Assembly: GCA_020696385.1 (NCBI GenBank)
Contig: JAEHCQ010000001.1
Coordinates: 64,001-128,000 of the forward strand
Direction: 5' to 3'
DNA: 64,000 bases
Source of the DNA: Methanobacteriota archaeon
GTDB taxonomy: Archaea; Thermoplasmatota; Thermoplasmata; SG8-5; JAGLSY01
A program made the translations under genes and the position numbers. Under the pieces are notes generated by a model, which ran no database searches, was not told the origin of the DNA, and worked only from the letters and a program-made list of their open reading frames with translations. This document shows positions 47,501-62,500 of the stretch, in pieces. Position 1 is the stretch's first letter. Each line of letters starts with the position of its first letter.

Positions 47501-50500
47501 CCGGGATAGCATTATTGTAAGAATCATAAGCAACTGCAGTGAATGACTGAGTATCTCCAACTTGTAGCGAGACTGGATTGGGCAGAATTATGATATGATC
47601 GATAGCTCCATAGATGATATCTACATTTGAAACTCCAGATATACTACCATTGATCGCTGTGATGGTACCAGCACCAGTTACGGAAGGAGCGGTGAAAAGA
47701 CCAGTGGCATCCACGGAGCCAATATCCGCACTCCATGAGAACTCGATACCCAATATCGCATTACCATACACATCGTAGGCTATTGCGGTGAATAATTGAG
47801 TAGAGCCTACGATGACGCTGGCCGGGGATGGTAGAACATCAATATGATCCATTACACCAGGAACTATATCGACCGCGGCAGAATAGCTCGTAGAGCCGTT
47901 TGTGGCTGTCACAATTCCAGATCCTATCATGGTCTGAGCAGTAAATAAGCCATTTCCATCAACAGTGCCGACATCGGATGTCCACATGAACTCAACACCC
48001 ACTATGACATTATCAAGGGCATCGTAGGCAGTTGCGATGAATTGCTGGGTATTACCAGCAGCGATAGAGATGGGATCAGGAACTATCAATATATGATCGA
48101 TGTTTCCAATAACCACATTCACGGCCGCGGAATCACTGACGGTTCCATTGCTAACAGTTACTGAACCGATTCCTGGGATGGTGTAACCTGTGAAGAAGCC
48201 AGTGGCATTGACAGTGCCGACATCGGATGTCCATATAAGATCTGCATCTGATACAAGATTATTGTAGATATCATAGGCAATTGCAGTGAATTGCTGACTG
48301 GCACCGACAACAACAGATAGAGTATCTGGAGAGATATCTATATGATCGACAAGGCCAGGAACTATCGTGACATTGGCAGTGTCGCTGATAGTACCGCTGG
48401 TGGCTGTCACGACACCAGTGTCTGGAGAGCTCTGAGCGATCAGAACACCAGAAGCCCCGATAATACCAACATCGGAGAACCACACGAAAGGAGCTCCAGG
48501 TATCACATTATTATAAACATCATAAGCAGTGGCAATGAATATCTCTGTGGCTCCGACCATCACGGTCACCGAGTTCGGAAGGACCTCGACATGATCAAGA
48601 GGGCCTGGAATGATATTAACGGTGGCCGAGTCGGAGATAGTTCCATTGGTAGCTGTGACAATGCCAGTGCCTGTCATTGTCTGAGCAGTGAAGAGGCCAC
48701 TTGCATCGATTGATCCGATGTCAGTGCTCCATTCATAGTCCACATTCGAGATGATATTATTGTAAATGTCGTAAAGAGTTACCGTGAAGAGCTGGGATTC
48801 ACCGGCGACGATATTGGCCGAACTCGGTAAAACCTCGATATGATCTAAGCTACCGATCAAGATCTCAAGGTCAGACTGGCCGCTTATAGTTCCATTTGTA
48901 GCGGTGACTGAACCAGTTCCTGGTGTGGTCTGAGCAGTGAAGAGGCCAGTTACATCTATAGTACCAACATCAACGCTCCATTCAAATCCTATTCCAGAGA
49001 TGACATTGTCATAGATATCGTATCCGAATGCGGTGAAGGTCTGGTCATCACCAACGACAACAGTTGCGGGGTCTGGTACGACCTCGATATGGTCAAGTGG
49101 ACCTGGAATGATATTGACATCTGCGAAATTGGAGAACGTTCCATTTGTAGCGGTGACCGTCCCAATTCCCGGAATTACCTGTGCTGTAAAGAATCCACTA
49201 TTATCTACAATACCAAGATCAGTGGACCAATCATATCCAATACCAACTATCACATTATTGTAAATATCATAGGAAGTGGCAGTGAAGACCAGTGAGGCTC
49301 CAGCCGACACGGTCTTTGGATCAGGAGTGACAAGGATATGATCAAGAGCTCCGGGAATTACACTGACTGTCGATGAAGAGCTTACAGAGCCATTTGCTGC
49401 AGAGACAGTTCCAGCGCCTGGAACTGTCTCTGCAGTGAAAGAACCTGATGCATCTATCAGACCAACATTCGTTGTCCATATTAGATCCACTCCCGAGATG
49501 ATATTATTGTAAACATCATGAACTGTTGCGGTAAACAGCTGAACCTCACCAACGATAATAGTCGCCGTCACTGGAGACAATACAATATGATGTACAGGAC
49601 CGACAATGATGGTCACAGCTGCTGTATCACTGATAGTGCCATTGGTAGCAGTGACAGTTCCAAAGTCAGGGGTGGTCTGTGCAGTCAGAAGACCGGCGGC
49701 ATCGATAACACCGACATCGGTGGACCATTCAAATCCAATGCCTGTTATCTCATTATTGTAAATATCATAAGCGATCGCGGAGAATAATCTGGACACACCC
49801 ACTATCACTGTGACGGGATCTGGCAGAACCCCGATATGATCAAGAGCACCAGGAGTGAGAGTGATAGGTACGGAGCACTCGACCGAACCATTGGATACAG
49901 TAACAACACCGGTTCCTGAAATTGTCTGGGCGGTGAAGGATCCTGTGCCATTGACAATTCCAATATCAGTGCCCCATACAAGGTCCACACCTGGAATGAT
50001 ATTATCATAAGCATCATAGACCACTGCAATGAAGGATTGGGTAGCTCCTACCAGCATATTGGCCGTATTTGGTGTCACGATTATATGATCAACAGCACCA
50101 AGAACGACAGACACAATGGCAGCATCACTGATAGTGCCATTGGAAGCGGTCACGGTTCCTGTACCAGTTATTGTCTGGGCAGTGAACTCGCCGATGGAAT
50201 TTATGGAGCCAACATCAGTGCTCCAGATAAAGTCCGCATTGGGGACGATATTATTGTAGATATCATAAGCAGTGGCAATGAATGATTGGGGTTGGCCTGC
50301 CACAACATCAACATGGCTTGGGGTGATCGAGATATGGTCGATAACACCAGGTATGACATCGACAAGGGCGACTGAGCTGATAGTGCCATTGGAAGCGGTC
50401 ACGGTTCCGGAGGCTGTGATGCTCTGGGCAGTGAAGTTTCCAGTAGCATCGATGGTGCCGATATTGGTTGTCCAATCAAAACCAATGCCCGACAAGGCAT

Positions 50501-53500
50501 TGTTGAACTGATCGAAAGCAATGGCCATGAAGGACTTGGTGCCATCAACAACAACATTGACCGTGTCAGGTATCACCACTATGTGATGTATAGGTCCAGG
50601 GATAACAACGACACTGGCCAAACCAGATACCGTGCCATTGTAAGCTGAGACAATTCCAGTCCCTGGAACTGTCGGAGCAGTGAAGTTTCCATTACTATCA
50701 ATGGTACCCAGATCCACACTCCATGTGAATTCCACTCCGGATATCGGATTGTTAAATTCATCATAGGCTATTGCTGTGAATTCCAAAATTCCTTCTGCCT
50801 CCACCATACCAGGATCTGGCAGTACGATGATATGATCGATGGTCAGGATCACATCAATACCAGCTACACCGGAGATGGTGCCATTAGTGGCAGTTATAGT
50901 GCCTGAGCCAGAGGTTGATCGTGCAGTGAAGAGGCCCGCAGTATCCACGGAGCCTATATTCGTGCTCCAGGTGAAAGTCACTCCAGGTATCTCATTATCA
51001 TAAATATCGTAGGCAGTGGCAATGAACTGATGGCTGGCATCGACAACGATGCTGGCATGATCTGGAGTTATCAGGATATGGTCTATCGGACCTATGACCG
51101 TAGTGACTGTCGCGGAGGCACTTACAGAGCCATTGAAAGCGGTGATCGAGCCAGTTCCAGGAATGGTCTGAGCTGTCAGAAGACCAGTACCATCGACAGA
51201 ACCAATGTTCGAGCTCCAATCGAAATCAATGCCGGATATCTCATTATCATAAACATCATAGCCAAGGGCAGTGAAGAGCTGGGTTCCACCCACTACAACC
51301 ACCATTGGATTTGGAGTCACAGCGATGTGGTCAAGTGCTCCAGCGACCACATTTACAACTGCAGAGCCGGATATAGTATCATTGGCCGCGGTTACAGAGC
51401 CGGTTCCTGGAACCGTCTGAGCCGTGTAGAGGCCAGTGGCATCGATAGAGCCTATATTCGTACTCCATGTAAATCCAACACCCACTATCTCATTATTGTA
51501 AAGATCGAAGGCGGTGGCCGTGAAGGACTGGTCATTCCCAACCGCAACAATTGCAGGGTTGGGATCTACCTCGATATGATCGACTGGACCCGAAACAATG
51601 GTCACAATAGCTGAGCGACTGACCGTGCCATTGGCCGCAGTTACATAACCAGTGCCAGGAACTGTCTGAGCTGTATAGAGACCAGCTACATTGACCGAGC
51701 CAGCATTCGTGGTCCAGATGACATTGACCGCAGGAAGCTGATTATTGTAAATATCAAAGCCAGTGACTGTGAATGATTGAGTGCCTCCAACAACTACAGT
51801 TGCGGGGTCAGGATCGATGATGATCTCATAGAGTTGTCCTATCACGATATTCACATTGGCCGAGGCAGTGATCGTGGTGTTTGACGCAGATACGGTTCCA
51901 GAGCCTGGAATTGTATCCGCATCAAACAAGCCAGTGGCATCGATAGAGCCGGCATCCGTGGTCCAGACCATATCAACTCCTGGGATCATATTATTGTAAA
52001 TATCATAGGCAGTGGCTGTGAAGACCTGCTGGCTTCCAACAGTCACAGTAGCTGGATCGGGATCTACCTCGATATGATCAATTGCTCCAGGTAATATATT
52101 TGCAGAAGATGAACAGCTGACCGAGCCATTGGTTGCAGTTATTATACCGGTTCCAGTCATAAACTGGGCAGTGAAGAGGCCATTGGAGTCAATGGTACCA
52201 ACATCAGTGCTCCATTCAAAGTCAACATTGGAGATCACATTGGAATAAGCATCAAAGGCAATGGCCATGAAAACCTGACTCTCCCCAACAACAATGGAGA
52301 CCGGATCCTGTACGACCACGATACTAGCTACTGGCCCGGGGATAGTGATGACCGTCGCGGAGCCAGATATCGTATCATTGGTCGCAGTCACAACTCCTAC
52401 ACCCGTACCTGTCTGGGCAGTGAAGGAACCAAATGCATCGATAGTGCCTATGTTCGTGCTCCAGGTGAAGTCAATGCCAGGTATGAGATTATTGAAAGAA
52501 TCATAGGCCTCGGCTGTAAAGGACTGGGGCTCTCCGACAGCAACAGAGATCGGATCTGGAGATACTATGATGTAATCCACTGTTACCACGATCACATCCA
52601 CATTGGCAGAACCAAATACTGTGTCATTGGTTGCGGTTATAATGCCAGCTGCTGAACTTAACTGAGCAGTGAAGAGGCCATTGGAATCAATGGTACCAAC
52701 ATCAGTGCTCCAGGTGAAAGATACACCGACGATCGCATCATTGAGTATATCATAAGCTGTTGCTGTGAATTGGTGGGTGGTTCCCACGATCACCGAAGCA
52801 GGGTCTGGGGAAACAACAATGTGATCTATAGTGATATCCTGAACATCCACATTGGCGGAGCCAGATATCGAGCCATTGGTTGCTGTGACCGTGCCCGCCA
52901 TCGGGGTTGCCTGGGCTGTGAAAAGACCAGAAGCATCTATGATTCCCACATCAGTGCTCCAATCGAAATCTATACCAGATATTGGATTATTGTAAACATC
53001 ATAGGCAATGGCATTGAATATCTGATTTCCATTGATTATGATATTGAGAGGATCCGGATTGACCAGGATATGATCAACTGGCCCTACGATGATCTCAAGG
53101 CTGGAAGTTCCGATGATGAAGCCGCAGGTGGCGCTGACCTGGCCGAAGATCGGAGAGGTCTGAGCAATGAAATAACCTGTGGAATTGATAGATCCAGCAT
53201 CTGTTGTCCAAGTAAAGAACGCACTTGGAACGACATTATTGTAAGCATCATAAGCAATGGCAGTGAATTGAGCAGGTTGGCCTACTGTGATCGTCACTGG
53301 ATTGGGGAGGACCTCGACATGGTCCACATTTCCAATCACGACATCCACCAAAGCAGTATCGCTGAAGGTTCCATTGGTCGCTGTCACAAAGCCATTGGCC
53401 GGGGTGGTCTGAGCTACGAACGTACCGGTGGCTCCAACAGAGCCCACGTCCGTATTCCAATTGAAGTCCACTCCTGGAATTGCATTGTTGTAGATATCGT

Positions 53501-56500
53501 AAGCGGTGGCTGTGAAGATCTGCTGGCTTCCCACAGTGACCGTGATAGGATCAGGGACCAGTATCACGTGATCTATAACCCCTGGGATTATATTGATAAT
53601 CGCAGAGAAGCTGACTGTTCCATTGGAGGCCGTCACTGTTCCAGATCCAGTTACAGTCTGGGCAGTGAACTGGCCGTTTTGATCGACCGTACCTACATCC
53701 GTACTCCAGATAAGATCCGCACCAGGTATCAGATTATTATAGATGTCATAAGCGATAACATTGAAGGACAAAGTCTGGCCTGCCACAATATCAACAGGGT
53801 TTGGTGTGATCGTGATATGATCGACCTCGCCCACAATTACATTGACATTTGCAAAGCCAGATACCGTGCCATCCCTTGCAGTTACGATACCATTACCAGG
53901 CATTGTCTGGGCAGTGAAATAACCGGTTGAATTAACAGAACCAATATCCGTGGTCCAGACAAAGCCAATTTCAGATACAACATTATTGAAAATATCATAA
54001 GCAGTAGCCGAAAATGTCTGACTTTCCCCAACAATTATGGATACAGGGTCGGGTATCACAGTTATATGATCAACTGGCCCTGACAATACATCGACCACGG
54101 CGGAATAACTCACAGAGCCATTTGTAGCTGTTACTATTCCAGTTCCAGGTACGATCTGAGCAGTGAAGAGACCATTGGCATCAACAAAGCCAATGTCCGT
54201 GCCCCAGTCAAAGATCACACCAGGTATGGTGACATTGAAAGGATCGTAGGCAATGGCTGTGAATTGCTGGGTATCTCCCACGATCAAGGATAAAGGATCA
54301 GGCAATATTATGATATGATCGATGGCCACCAAAATTACATTGACAGTGGCTGATCCAGATATTGTACCGTTCATGACCGTTACAGATCCCACTCCGGGTG
54401 TGGACTGGGCGATCAGCAATCCTGCTGCATCAATGGAACCTACATCGGTAGACCAATCAAAGCCAATGCCTGTTATCTCATTATTATAAACATCATAGGC
54501 AATGGCAGTGAACTGCACACTGCCATCGATTATGACATTGGCGGGATCTGGTGTGATGGCTATATGGTCTATCGGACCGATAATGACCTCGATGCTCGCA
54601 TAGCCTGTGATCGAACCACTGGCCGCGCCTACCAGACCTGTGACAGGTGTGTTCTGAGCTGACAGGAAACCGGTCGAGTTAATCACACCCACATTGGTAC
54701 TCCAGATAATTGGAGCGGCTGAAATGATATTGTTATAAACATCATAGGCAGTGGCAGTGAATTGATGGAAGCCACCGACAGTGACAGTAACTGGATTGGG
54801 GAGAACGATTATGTGGCTGATATCACCGATCTGGACATTCACATCAGCATGGCCACTTACAGACCCATTCGTCGCGGTTACCTTACCGCTTCCAGGAATT
54901 GTCTGAGCGATGAAGTAGCCTGTGGAATTGATAGAACCTATATTCGTACCCCAGTCAAATACAATTGCCGGGATCTCATTATTGTAAATATCATAAGCGA
55001 TGGCGGTAAAACTATCGGTTTCACCGACAACGACAGTTACAGGATCTGGTGTGATGATGATATGATCGACCGGACCCTCCACGACCGTGATGGTTGCGGA
55101 GTAAGAGACGGAGCCATTCTCTACAGTTACCATTCCAGTTCCAGGGATCGTCTGGGCGATGAAGTATCCATTGGTATCTATTGTTCCAATATCAGTGCTC
55201 CAGTCGAAGCCCACTCCAGATATCACATTATTGAAGACATCGAAGGCAATGGCTATGAAGCCCAGATCATCTCCAACTATGATGGTCACTGGGTCGGGAA
55301 CTATAATGATATGATCGATGGTGGCCACGACCACATCAATATCTGCGGAATCAGAAAAGGTTCCATTGGTTGCTACGACCGACCCAATTCCAGGGATCGC
55401 TTGCGCGAAGAAATGGCCTGTCGCGTTCACCAGGCCAACATCAGTACTCCAGTCAAATCCAACCCCAGGTATGATATTATCGTAAATATCGTAGGCCACG
55501 GCTGTGAATCCAAGATTACCATCCACTATCACGGTGACTGGATCTGGAGTCACGATTATGTGATCCAGAGCACCCACAATGACATCCACATTGACATTTT
55601 CAATTATCGAACCACTAGTCACAGTGATCGAACCCATTCCAGGTATTGTCTGGGCAATGAAGTATCCTGTGGAGTTTATTGAGCCCACGTCAGTTACCCA
55701 TGCCATCGGAGCATCCGGTATGATATTATTGTAAACATCATAGCCCTCTGCCGTGAATTGCAGGGACTGGCCAACCATGATAGTTGCGGGATCTGGAAGC
55801 ACAATGATATGATCTATAGCTCCCAAAGCCACCTCCACATCGACAGTATCCGTGAAGGTTCCATTTGTAGCGATCACAATGCCGATTCCAGGTATGGTCT
55901 GAGCAATTAAGAGGCCAGTGGCATCTATCACACCGATATCAGTGCTCCAATCAAAGACCACGCCAGGGACCACGTTATTGAAGACATCGTAGGCTATGGA
56001 CGTGAACTGTTGCACATCCCCGACCGTGAGATTGGCCGGGTTCGGTGTGGCGATCACATGATCAATGGCCCCGGGAACCACATTGGCAATGGCCGAGGCA
56101 CTGGTAGTTGCATTGGTGGCCGTGACAAGACCCGCTCCAGGAGTGGTGGGGGCGGTCAGTGTTCCGGCGGCATCCACAGAGCCTATATTGGTGTTCCAGG
56201 TGAAGCTCATACCAGGTATTGGATTATTGTAAAGATCATAGCCAGTGGCTGTAAATATCTGAGTGCCACCGACAATTATCATTGCCGGGTTCGGAAGTAC
56301 GACTATATGATGAAGAGAGCCTATGACGACGTCCACACTGGCCTGGCCAGAAACAGTTCCATTGGTAGCTGTGACAGTACCAATGCCAGGTGTGGTTTGG
56401 GCAGTGAAAAGACCAGTGGCATCGACAGAACCAACATCAGTGCTCCAATCGATGTCCAGTCCAGATATGACATTATTATAGATATCGTAGGCCGTTGCCG

Positions 56501-59500
56501 AGAAGGATCGGGTATTGCCGACAGTTATGATGTTCGAGCTTGGAATTACATCTATATGATCGACAGGCCCAGGAATTATATCGATAGCCGCTGTGGAACT
56601 TACAGTGGCATTTGTAGCTGTTATAATGCCGCTTCCGGTCATGGTCTGGGCAGTGAATGTTCCAATAGTATTGATAGAGCCAACATCAGTGCTCCAGGTG
56701 AATTCAACTCCGGGTATGACATTGAAATAAACATCAAAGGCAATGGCCATGAAAGATCTGGAGTCTCCCGCGATGACGGATGCTGTGTTTGGTACTATGG
56801 CTATCTGATTGATATCTCCTATCAGGATCTCCACTATCGCGCTTCCACTAAGAGTGCCATTGGTGGCTGATACTGTTCCAATGCCTGGTACTGTCTGGGC
56901 AGTGAAAAAGCCCGTGGCATTGATAGAACCGACATCAGTACTCCATGTCAGATCGACATCGGAGATCAGATTATTATAAACATCAAAGCCCTGGGCAGTG
57001 AATTGCTGGCTACCCCCTACCTTGACATCCGAAGGATCGGGCATCACATTTATGTGATGCAAATCACCCACGACCACCTCGACAACCACATTCGTTATGA
57101 CCGCACCGCAGATGGCATTCACCCATCCAAATTGAGGGAATGTTTGCGTGGTCAGGTATCCTGTTGAATTCACAATACCCACATTGGTGTTCCAGAGAAT
57201 TACCGCATCCGTAACAGGATTATTATACACATCGAAGGCACTGGCTGCGAATTGCAAGCCCTCACCTACAGGAACAGTTGCAGGATCTGGAATTACGATC
57301 ACGGTGACGACATCTCCCACTATGACGGAGATATTGACACTTGTGCTTATCGAACCATTGGTAGCCGTGATCACTCCCTCTCCAGGAACTGTCTGGGCAG
57401 TGAAGAGACCAGCAGCGTTTGCTGAGCCTACATCGGTGGTCCAAGCAAATACCACACCAGGTATCTCATTGTTGTAAGAATCATAAGCGATCGCGGAGAA
57501 ACTTCGGGTTTCTCCAACCACGACAGTTGATGGGTCTGGGGTCACGATTATGCTATCGATAGGCCCAGGGATGATATTCACTATCACCATACGAGTGATA
57601 GTGTTGTTCCTCGCGGTCACCATTCCCAATTCGATATTGGTCTGGGCAGTGAAAAGGCCACTTTGATCGATCACACCAACATCAGTTGTCCAGATGAAAT
57701 CCACACCAGATATCTCATTATCGAACTGATCATAGGCAGCTGCCGTGAAGGCCTGCGTATCACCAACAATGATATCCACAGGATCCGGGTTCACGATGAT
57801 ATGGTCAATAGCATCTGGCACCACATTCACGGATACAGGATATGAGAATGAACTGTTAGTTGCTGTGACAGTTCCAGCTACCGGGACAGTCTGTGCGACC
57901 AAAAGGCCGGTGATATCGATCACGCCAACATCTGTTGCCCAATCAAAGACCAGGCCGGGCACCTCATTGCCATATATGTCATATCCCGATGCGATGAATT
58001 GCTGGGAGCCTCCTGCGACCACTGTGATCGGATTAGGAGTGACGGCAATATGATCGAGGGCTCCTACAAGGACCTCGACATCGACCGAATTGAAAACACT
58101 GCCATTGAATACCGATACGGTTCCAATTCCTGGAACAGTATCGGCCGTGAAGAAGCCAGTGGAATTTATAGTTCCAACATCCGAGCTCCATGTCAAGACC
58201 GCATCAGGTATGATATTGTTATAGACATCATAGGCTATTGCTGAGAAAGACTGACTATTTCCCACGACCAGAGTGACAGAGCCAGGGGAGATTATCAGAT
58301 GATCCAGGGGTCCAAGGATAATGTCAACAGTGGCTGAATCACTTATAGAATTATTGGCTGCAGTTATCCAACCGGAATCAGGAGTGGTTTGAGCAGTGAA
58401 AAGACCTGCGGAATTCACCACTCCCATATTTGTTGACCAAAGGAAATCCACACCGGATATGGAATTATTGTAAATGTCATAGGCAGTGGCTGTGAATTGA
58501 TGTGCCTCTCCCACGATCACGGTGGCAGGATCGGGAGTGACCTCGATATGATCCAGGGCATCAACCTCTATCTCGACAGCGGCTGAACCGGTGACAGAGC
58601 CATTTGACGCGCTGACAACTCCATAGCCAGGACTTGTCCGAGCTGTGAAGAAACCACTAGGATCTACCACACCTACATCGGTGCTCCACACAAGGTCCAC
58701 ACCTGTTATCTGATTATTGTAGGCATCGTACACCACGGCTGAAAAAGCCTGGCTATTGGCAACCGTGATCTTTATCGGATTGGGCATCACCACTATATGA
58801 TGGATCGGACCCAAGGTCACTTGAATGCTGGCCGAGCCAGAAACTACCCCGATACTGGCACTTATCGAGCCGGATCCCGGAATTGTTTGACCTGTGAAAT
58901 AACCAGTTGAATTGACAATTCCGACATCAGTACTCCAGACGAAGGTCGGGTTAGGAATAAGATTATTGTAAATATCAAAGGCCTGGGCGGTGAATTGAAT
59001 ATTGCCACCAACAGAGACCACTGCCGGATCCGGGGTGGTCGATATGGAATTTACATCACCTACAACTACCTCGACAAGCGCCGAGCCATCGACGGTCCCA
59101 TTGGTCGCTGTGACCGAACCAATATTCGGCAATGTATTGGCAGTGAAGAAGCCAGATACATCAACTACACCGACATCCGTGCTCCATGTGAAAGCGACAT
59201 TCGAGATCACATTATTGTAAATATCATAGGCCACGGCTGTGAAGGATTGTGACTCTCCAACCCTGACCGTGGCAGGATCTGGATTGACGATAATATGGTC
59301 GATCGCACTCGCTATCACCTCCACTGTTGCGGAGTACGCGACAGTGGAGTTGGAGGCAGTGACCTGACCATAGGCCGGGATCGTCTGGGCAGTGAAGAGA
59401 CCACTGGCATCGATCACACCAACATCAGTGCTCCAATCGAAGTCGATACCAGATATTGGATTATTGAAGATATCATAGGCCGTTGCCGTAAATAATTGAG

Positions 59501-62500
59501 TATCACCAGCTATAACCGTAGCAGGATCTGGGGTGATCGTAATATGGTTTATAGCACCGGGCACGACATTGACCACCGCGCTTCCAGCAACAGATCCGCT
59601 GACGGCATTTATCACACCTGTGGCAGGGGTTATCTGGGCAGATAAAAGCCCATTGGCCACCGAGCCAACATTAGTACTCCAGTCAAAGCTGACCCCCAGA
59701 AGGGCATTGTCATAGATATCATAGCCAATGGCTGTGAATATCTCGACCTGACCCACCACTACTGTTGCCGGGTCTGGTGTCAGAATTATGTGATCCAGCT
59801 CCCCAGCGATCACATTGACCGCGGCATATCCATATACAGTTGAGTTCATGGCAGTGACAGTTCCAGAACCTGGTGTGGTCTGGGCTATCATAATACCGGA
59901 TGTGTCGACCGAGCCGACATCCGTACTCCAAGTTAGATCCGCACCCAGGATGATATTATTGAAAATATCATAGGCAACTGCAGTAAATACCTGAAGTTCT
60001 CCCACCGTCATAGTAATAGGATCTGGGGTGACAACAATATGGTCTATCTGGCCAGCCACTATAGTGACTGGCACGGTGAGGCTTATCGTGCCATTGGATG
60101 CAGTTACAATACCATTTCCGAGAGTTCCCTGAGCTGTGAAAAGACCATTTCCATCTACAATTCCGACATTGGTTGTCCAATCAAAATCATAACCTGGCAA
60201 TAGATTTCCATAGAGATCATGAGCCGTGGCAGTGAACTGATTGGTCAGGCCAGCTCCCACAATGGCAGGATTGGGAGTGATGATTATATGATCCAATGAA
60301 CCAGCAACCACTATCACACTGGCTGAACCTGTTATCGTGCCATTGGTGGCAGATACCGTGCCCGCTATGCTGGTGGTCTGAGCCATGAAAAAGCCAGCAG
60401 CATCAACAAAGCCAGCATCCGTACTCCATGTGACATCGGCTCCGGGTATGGCATTATTATAGGCGTCATAGACCGTTGCAGTGAAGGCCATGGACCCTCC
60501 CACGGTTATTATCACCGGGTTTGGTGTAATTATTATGTAATCTGGTGGTCCCAGGATCACATCAATATCCAGGGTCTTACTGGTATCATATCGCATGGCA
60601 CCCCCATCATGGATACTGCCTGTGGAATAGAAACTGTACTTACCAACATTCGCGGGAGCCTGCGTATCAAATAAGAAGGACAGTGTTGTTCCAGCAGCCC
60701 AATTATAGTCAGCTCCTCCATTGTAATAGAATCTCAGTGTTCTGGATACACCCGACCATTGGAAACTCCAGCCGCCAGGTAGATTGATATTGAATGGAAT
60801 ACCCCATTCAGCAGGTATCTCCAATTCGATATCATCGCCTCCAGCATCCTGGAAGAACCCATTGGTCCCGATATTGGTCACATTCAGGAACATGGTCTCG
60901 ATGGAAGTCGATATAGTGGAGGAAGGCCACAGGAAGATATCAAGGATCGGAGCATTGACGGCCGTTACATAGGCCTGATTCGAGGTGGCATCTTCAATAT
61001 AGCCAGTACTTGTAGTTCCAGAAGCAGAAGCGCCACTGTTGATCAGATATGCACCAGTTCCTCCGGGTGAAATAGATACATCAAAGGATAACTGGGCGGA
61101 CTCCAGTGGTTGCAGACTGGCAATGGACCAATCCAGGGTCGCACCATCCCATGACCAGGAGCCAGTAGACAGAACCACATTGCCCACCCAGGTGATTCCT
61201 GGAGGCAAGGTGTCGATCACATTTATGGTGTTTGTGACAAGATATGGATGACTATTCTCTATATCCATGGTCAGCCTAACGATGGTGGTCCCGCTGGCAG
61301 GTATGAGCGATAGATCACTGGTTTTGGTCAGGTTCAGAGCCCCACATACGGACAGTGCCTGGGCATTGGAAGATGGAAGAAGGTATCCCAGATCATCAGT
61401 GTAATTGAGACTTGCCGTATTCATGAGCAGGGTTCCATCCGGCACATCGGCATTCACCTGAGCCACTATTTGGAAGGAATGAGGTCCAGTGGCTACATTG
61501 GTCAAAGCCCAGCTCACAACCCCGGCAGATTCTACCCCGCCACCAGTGGCACTGATAAATGTCAGGCCTGCAGGAAGGGTATCATTGATCCAGACATAGT
61601 CAGATGGATCGGTGCCAGTATTATTGTAATAGATAGTGTAGGTTAGAGTATCCAGAGGATCACTGATCGGCGTGTTCACTATCTTTTCAATATCTATCCT
61701 GGTATTGCTTATGGATGTGGAAACAACATTGGATGGAATGGATGAATCATGCCTGACATTGTCCTCATTTGTATAATCCGCGAACATCTGATTGCGGATC
61801 AATGTGCCTCCAGGAGTGGCATCCCGCACCCTCATCATGACATTGAAAAAATAATTGCCTGGCATGACACCGGGGATCATCCAGAAATAGTTATTCCCAC
61901 CATTTTCTGGAGTAACTGGTGCTGTATCGGATACATATTCCAGGAATGGATCAAAAGAGTCATTTATCCATACGAAAAGAGCCATACTGGCTCCTGTATT
62001 GTTGTAATGAATCGTATATTGGATCATATCACCTGGCTGGGCCGCGGTAGTGGAGACCATCTTATCAAGAGATATGATCGGTGCGGAAACTGTCACACTG
62101 ACAGAGGCATTGTCACCCCCGATCAAATTTCCATCCAGATCGGTGTAGGTGATATCAACCTCATTATTTATCTGCTGATTATGAACCACAGTATTGTCGA
62201 TCTCCGCCTCGACCCAGAACCAATGTTGTCCTGGGGTGACATCCTGGAAATGCCAGCTATATGCTCCATTGACATATGACCATGGAACACTGGCATTGGA
62301 ATTCTGAAGGATCAGGCATGTTGGCAAGGAATCATTGACCCAGACATCACCAGCATTTCCAATTCCAGTATTATTGTAATAAATCTTGTACATCAGGGTG
62401 TCTCCAGCAGATATGGTTTCCTTGGAGCCAGTGGCTGATACACCACCCAATTGAGCTACTGCCACCGCGATCTCATCATAGATCTGAGCCAGCTGCGCAC

